A stretch of 59,281 nt of DNA, the filler included, from Sluysia triapertura (Eukaryota), in NCBI GenBank assembly GCA_046118255.1. It is 5 parts of 5 records of this genome, joined end to end, with 100 filler letters (N's around TTAATTAATTAA, not from the genome) between each part and the next. Parts side by side here need not be neighbours in the genome. Positions count along the whole stretch, not along the records: positions 48,036 to 59,281 come from JBJNIA010186836.1; 4 more parts are not named here. One strand, given 5' to 3'. The translations under genes and the position numbers were made by a program. Under the pieces are notes generated by a model, which searched no databases, was not told the origin of the DNA, and was given only the letters and a program-made list of their open reading frames with translations. Shown piece by piece: positions 53,037-59,281 of this stretch. Position 1 is the first letter of the stretch. Every line of letters begins with the position of its first letter.

Positions 53037-53621
53037 TACTAACCCAATTAATGCACCATTCTACACTTCCTACCTCGTCATTAATTCATTCGATCATTTT
53101 AGTGTTATTGGACATCCAATCGTTTCTATTGTTCTATATTTTATTTCATAATAGACTAGACGTCCAATCAGAAGCCACTTAAAATCAACAAATTCGTATC
53201 CAATTGCTATCGATTTAGTAAATAGAACACAATAAAAAGTTTTATCGCACAAAAAATAATTTAATTTTCTGACTTATTAAAATAAACAGACTAATAAAAT
53301 TTCTCACAATTAAACTAGTTTTAAAATTTTGGTATTGAGTTAAAAAACTATCACGTTAAAAATTTTTATGACAAATAGAAGTAAAAAAGAATCAACTTTA
53401 TTCAATTAACTAAAAATTCTGATTCATTTAAAAGGTTATTTAAATTGATATGTTCTATTAATAATCAACTAAAGTCATCTTCATCATTAATCAATGTCAA
53501 ATTAGATTATTTTATAAGCCTCGCTAATTATAATTCATCTTCAATAATAGCAGTAAATTCTGTTCAAATGTATATATAAGTTTGCTACCATAAATTCAAC
53601 TTAGAATATCAATCGAAATTA

Positions 53622-54641
53622 TTGACTATGTTATGGAGTTATTTGAGAGAGACTCGTAATCAAGCTCAAAAAGATTTTAATTTAAATACAGATTGTGGTA
53701 TTCATATAAAGCAGATTGAATTTATTTTCTTTATGATCAATCATAATAGTACCTTTTATCAAAGTATTCCTGACGAAATTATAAACAAAATTCTAAGTGT
53801 CATGTCTTCGCTCACAGAGAAGTCCTTAGAATATCATGAAGTTAATTTAGAATTCAGATTACAACAATCAATGACGTTCATGTTGCACATAAATCCTTTA
53901 TTTATAACAAATAATATTTCATATGTTAGACAATTATGTTAGACAATTAAGCATCCAAAATCAAACAGAATTAATGTACGTTTTCGTCAGAAACGGTAAT
54001 CTCATTAATTCATACTATGAAGTGATAGACAACGATACAAGTATCTCATCATCTAAGTTATCAAGTAATGCTGATAACGAATCCTCACTGAATTCGTTGG
54101 CCAATGATTTAAATTCAAAAAAATAAATATAATGTATAAAAAAAATCCAAACCTTACAACCGAAAGAATAAATATGATGCAAGTATCAAGTCTCGTAAGC
54201 AAAGAAGATGCGTCACTAAACCGACATCTACTAATTCAAATTCGACTTTTGTCTCACATTACTAACAAATTAGGCTTATGCTTGAAATTTGGTCAAAGCT
54301 GCAGATATTTAAGAAATTAACAATGATAAAATTGGAAAGTCCATTTATAATCAACACATGAATGGCTTATTTATCCTCCTCGAAACATTGAAGTTCAAAT
54401 AATCTATCGTGAACCTTGCAATCGTCAAGATTCAAATAAAATATGATATTTCATCGTATACTCTTGAGAACAATTTAATATTCAAAGTAAAACTTATTAT
54501 ATACATGTAACTTATTTTGATCAATTTTATTTAAGGAATCTTCGGATCATTGACCTGATGGCGTGTTCAAGTTGCAATCTATGCTCTAAGGATGTAGAAT
54601 ATTTGATAACATTAAATCTTCGTGTCAAAAAAATTAATTAG
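53622..54641 (+). pseudogene. Possible TGF-beta superfamily ligand (prodomain plus cystine-knot remnant), disrupted
   Basis: Frame from 54132: NWKVHL*STHEWLIYPPRNIEVQIIYREPC and IHVTYFDQFYLRNLRIIDLMACSSCNLC (cf. WII.P.GY.A.YC.G.C and IS.LY.D......+..M.V..C.C); several in-frame stops and missing cysteines. Confidence 0.4.
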
Positions 54642-57229
54642 TGTTTTGTCGTCAACATTATTTTTAAATTTTAAATAAATTTTGTGAATTAAGCAAGTTA
54701 AATTTAACTTATTTGTTCAGTTGTAATAATAAAAATAATTTTAACATAATGTTCGTAAATTTTAATAAGAATTGTAATTTTCAAATCATTAACCAAATAA
54801 ATGTTCATTATTTACAACCAAAATGATAGGTGTGTATGATTAACTTGGGGATTTAAAATATCACAAAGTATTTAAAATAAAGTATTATCTCTTACATAAA
54901 GTTAACATTATTATAAATTTTTGGAATAGTAAAAGCCTAATACTGAAAATATTTTCAACTTAAGAAAATAGGTGCATTTATCAAATATGCATTTTACTTA
55001 TACATTAGGTTTCTTAAAAATTAGGTTATATAATAATATTTGGTTAAACCTATTCAGGTTATAATGTCGAATCAAAAGGCCTTATAGATTAAATCATTTG
55101 TCAGGCTACATCTAAAATTAAATTAACAATTAAATTAAATCAAAAATTATGTTGAAAGTATAAAATTAATTTAATTATAAAAATTGAATTAATAATAAAA
55201 ATTAATTCAATTATAAACAAATTTAGAAATTATATTAATAATAAAAATAATAATTAAATTTACGAAATGTATGAAATTAATAATAAAAAATTATTAATGG
55301 ACTTAATATGTAAGTTAAAAATTAAAATAATAAAAGAAATCATAGAAATTTTGTGATAATACTTAATAAAGTAATTATTGAAAATAATAATAATAATAAT
55401 AATGAAAATAAAGATTATTAAGGAACAGAAGTAAAATCCGGAATAAATCCGAAGTTAAATCCAGAATTAACAGAAAAATAGTAAATTCTTATAATAATTT
55501 GCATTTATTGACTACGATTTTAATGCTCATAATATGTATCATTCCTGTGTGTTTATTTGGTGACGATACTCTACTGACTGGAAATTCGATGCAAAAGATA
55601 ACTCTAGTTTTGAAATGCAAAGTCTGAATGAATTTACGATTATTTGTATAAATTAATAGCTTATTTTGATAAGGCCAATAAGTATTTTTTGCGCCAATGT
55701 GAATCCTGATAGTAAATCAAAAAATAATTTTTTGGAAACTTGTCTTGTTGAGGATTCCAATATTTATACATCTTTGTTATCACAGAGAAGTATTAATACT
55801 ACATAGTATAATAAAAATTGATTGCTTCAATCGAATTTAACTTACACTTAGAGACTTAACTTATTGAGATTCAACCTGTAATCGAGGAATATTTTTACGA
55901 TGATAGGAAATACCTGATAAATATATTACATTATAATATTTATGCAGTTCACTTGCAAGAATATAGTGATTCGCCTTACTTGAAGAGAAAATATAGATAA
56001 GTTATCACTCTATTTAAACATTGTAGTAAATTGTCCAAACTTAAACAACAACGTATTTGGATATAAATGCATTCATATCACATACTTTTAAAAATAAAAC
56101 ATGACAATAATATTGAGTATATGATTACTTATATATGTTTCATATAACATTTTTAACAATGGCTTTAGTGAGTAAACTAATAATTTGTTCCGTTTTATAC
56201 TCTCAGCCAATTAAATAATTTAGAGGGCAAGACTCGACTTGTTATGGTGAATATACTTTATTCCATATTTATAGTATTCTACAAGAATGGGCTTCATTAA
56301 ATAAGTTTGTTTAATCTTTGGTGAATTTTGATAATATGTACGCGAATGGCATGTCATCTAGTTTAAGTAATAATCAGGTAACAATGATTTATACTTGATC
56401 ATACAGAATTTTTCTTAAATTTATGTTTTACTTTTTATATTTTATCATTATCTTATTATATGTTTTGTTTAGCAATATTGAATTTGTCTGACTCATGAAA
56501 TCATTTATTATTAATGACATTATTTATTATTAGCATTATTAAAAATTTTGAGTAAAGTTTATTGACTTAATTAAAATATGTCCCACTTTCTTGATGGAGT
56601 TAAATTATTCACTGAGACGATAACATTTGGTTCTTGTATTTATGAAACCGTAGAAAAGATACCAAATATGTTAAAGTTTATTGATAAAAATAAAACTGTA
56701 ATATTGATTAACTCACACTGATTATATCCACATTTTATATCAACCAAAGTTTTAAATTTTGCAGAAATTACTGCAACACATGCTATTATTAAAAAAGTGA
56801 TATAATAAATAGTGAAAATGATGAATTTTATTAACATTAAAGAACTAATGAAATAACTAATATATTAACGATTGTATTTATCGAAATATATAAAAAGCGA
56901 GATTATAATTATATATTAAAACCATTTTTATGAACCCAATGCTGATGAATGTCAAAATAATTAAAGGAATATAAAAATGTTTTCAAAAATGTGTTCATAA
57001 TATAAAATATCAAATTTTATCTCTAGATTGTGTGAATTGTGCAACGTGAGGATTAATTATGACTTGCTACTACAACAGTGATTGATTTAGATAGATACCT
57101 GAGTTTCATCTAGTGAATATTACTTATTAGAGTATTAGTTTGGTAAGGATGAAATTGTAGTTAGTAATATTGTCAATTTTAACAGCTTATAATTTGACAT
57201 TGGCATAATATATCTAGAAACAATTAAAA

Positions 57230-57850
57230 ACTTTGTTCGGTGGAAAATTCACACAATTAAGAAATATGAGTTCTTACATGGAACTGTTCTAGTCTTACAA
57301 CGCAGGATACAATATCACCATGGCCTCACAAATGAGCCATTCGGATGCTCAGAATTAAAAGTTATTAAGTGCCTATGAATTATCGTTGAAGTTTGGTGTA
57401 TGCAAACAAACTTCATTTAACTCAAATTGATAAAGTGAAAGTTGGATAAGTGAAAGACAAAACCAAAGGGTTTGAAAGCTTGATTTATGTTGCTTCTCAT
57501 CACAAATTTGATCAATTTTTGAATCGAATTGTCACTTTGGATTAGAAATTGATCCAATATGATAATTGCAAACGCTCAGCGCAAGGATGAATCAACAAAA
57601 TGCAACGATTTAATAGGAAAATAATTTATTTCCGATAATGTTGTAAAACTGGAATTCATTTATCCTTGCCCATGAGAGTTTTATACCAACCTTAATGACA
57701 AAAGTGCATCGACAATGTCTGTTCGTACTTTGATGAATAAAATAATTCTTTATATTTATAAGTTATCAGCCAACTTTGCCTTTTTATATAAATTTCATTT
57801 TTGACCACATGACAGTCGAATTACAGGTCTAAAAGAAGATTAATTAAATC
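57230..57850 (+). mobile_element. Degenerate mariner transposase remnant (cecropia/Hsmar1-like)
   Basis: KIHTIKKYEFLHGT, HLTQIDKVK, DQFLNRIVTLD*KLIQYDNCKRSAQ (cf. FLDRIVTCDEKWILYDNRRRSAQW), PHDSRIT. Confidence 0.8.
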
Positions 57851-59050
57851 AATATGATAAGAAATCAATGATACAAAGAAAAAGATTCGTCAAGGATTAG
57901 AGAATGATTTTAAAGCTTTATATATGTAAAATGTTATGTATTACGCATTACACTTAACACTTTCTACGTTATATATATTTACTACAAAGTATTATTTACT
58001 ACAAAATTTTATTTTATAATACTTAAAATAGCGTGTTATCTAATAATAGCCAATTTAAAATCAATATTTATAAGGTTTTTTCAATCCTATATTAACATAT
58101 AACTCAGAATTATACAATGTATCTCTTGAAGCTTGAAACAAATTTCCTGTTAAGTTACAGCACTACATTATTAAAAATTAATTGATTAGTTTCTGTTAAT
58201 TATTCATTTCTTGAGGTATATGTTCTTTTGTATTTCACTCCACTAAAACAAAAACGTCATCAGCTTCATTTTTGTTTAATGACTGTTGCAACAAACCTGG
58301 AGAAATGAAGATATCTCTTGAATTATTTGACCTTTTGTCGCAAATATTGAAATAATATAGTAATAACCTTTTGAACATTTCTTGGCATATGGTTTCTAAA
58401 ATATTTTCTATTAAGTTAATATAGGATTGCAAAACTTTGTGAATAATCGATATTTAAACATTAAGAAAATATTTGCATTATCAAAAAGTATATTAAACAT
58501 TAATAGATTAACAATTCATATTTAAGTAATAATTTTGTTTAAAATTATTTTAAAATTTTGTTTAATCGATTTTTCATAGACATAAAGAACACAAATAATT
58601 ACAACAAATCTAATCGCAGCACAAGAAATTATTAGAATCTCTACAAGAATCTCTGCAAATGAACTAATTGATCAAGAAAATCTTGCTCGTAATTTATTGA
58701 ATATTATAAACAAGTAGCAAGCTCATTAAATCTAAGATTTACCAGTTTAATCAAGTTAGAAATGCACTTAAATTTTGTTATATTAATTCCTTTTCAAGTT
58801 CTTTAAACAATCTATAAAGATCTATAAAATAAATATGTCGAATAAATATTGTCAATTATTAATTGTATCTAGTTATATATATTCATATATTTTATTTTTT
58901 CTGCGCACTTTTTGAATAATTACACTTTACTTAAACTAATTAACCTTGCTCTAATACCACAAAAATACGGTACATTGAATAAACACTAATTTGTCATAAT
59001 AACAAAAGGCAAAGAAATTTTAAGTGGAATTGTAGGGAACCACATATTTT

Positions 59051-59190
59051 CACATCAAAGCTACAAACACACTTCATTACATATGAACATTTCTTACATA
59101 TACAAAACACTAAATAAACTACTTGACTCATTCAAAAACAAACATAGTCATTGTACATAATTATCATAATAATCTCATGTCGTCTACATT
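59051..59190. repeat. Repeat B copy
   Basis: Homologous to 18860-19000; similarity begins with TGTAGGGA at ~59031 and is clearest from ~59100. Confidence 0.65.
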
Positions 59191-59204
59191 CAATTTAAAC
59201 TTCA

Positions 59205-59207
<3 letters not shown>

Positions 59208-59274
<67 letters not shown>
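59208..59274. repeat. (ATT)n microsatellite
   Basis: Directly visible. Confidence 0.95.
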
Positions 59275-59281
59275 GTTGTTG

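Noticed and set aside
53750-53805. F-box motif (IPDEIINKILSVM)
   Set aside because: Short, isolated resemblance in mid-ORF with no supporting domain; cannot be distinguished from chance
3785-54641. Stop-codon reassignment or readthrough, suggested by frames continuing past TAA/TGA (3785+, 15081, 49211, 54318+)
   Set aside because: The 313-codon K2P ORF and ~378-codon TPR ORF have no internal stops despite AT richness, all stop types are involved, and frameshifts co-occur; ordinary decay explains it
414-58432. Many 60-110-aa I/F/L/K/N-rich ORFs (e.g. 414, 2040, 7801, 8182, 16741, 18678, 20805, 29910, 41571, 50396, 56640)
   Set aside because: Composition expected from AT-rich non-coding DNA or antisense to repeats; no motifs recognised

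Overview
Very AT-rich eukaryotic (animal-type) genomic DNA. The window is five contigs joined by four artificial 100-nt spacers (N-TTAATTAATTAA-N), so adjacency across the spacers is not established. Long open coding segments are few: a 939-bp exon of a two-pore (K2P/TWiK-type) potassium channel and a ~380-codon ORF ending in TPR-like repeats. Most other recognisable coding sequence is decayed: a Rab8/Rab10/Sec4-like retrocopy, a class B GPCR fragment, a receptor tyrosine kinase fragment, a possible TGF-beta ligand, and tropomyosin-like, SLC22-like, EML-WD40-like and IQ-motif-like pieces. Predicted introns are very short (27-55 nt). Transposon relics are abundant: Ty3/gypsy, two mariners, hAT, non-LTR RT, a pogo/Tigger-type MITE, and piggyBac- and Buster-type termini. 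The most unusual structures are (i) two copies of a ~95-bp cassette in which a tRNA-like Pol III unit is enclosed by inverted repeats that co-vary between copies, (ii) a 235-bp near-perfect fold-back sitting exactly where the gypsy 5' LTR should be, next to a tRNA-Leu primer-binding site, and (iii) a short LTR-like unit carrying a long heat-shock-element array upstream of a TATA box. All family assignments are from motif recognition by eye; no searches were run.
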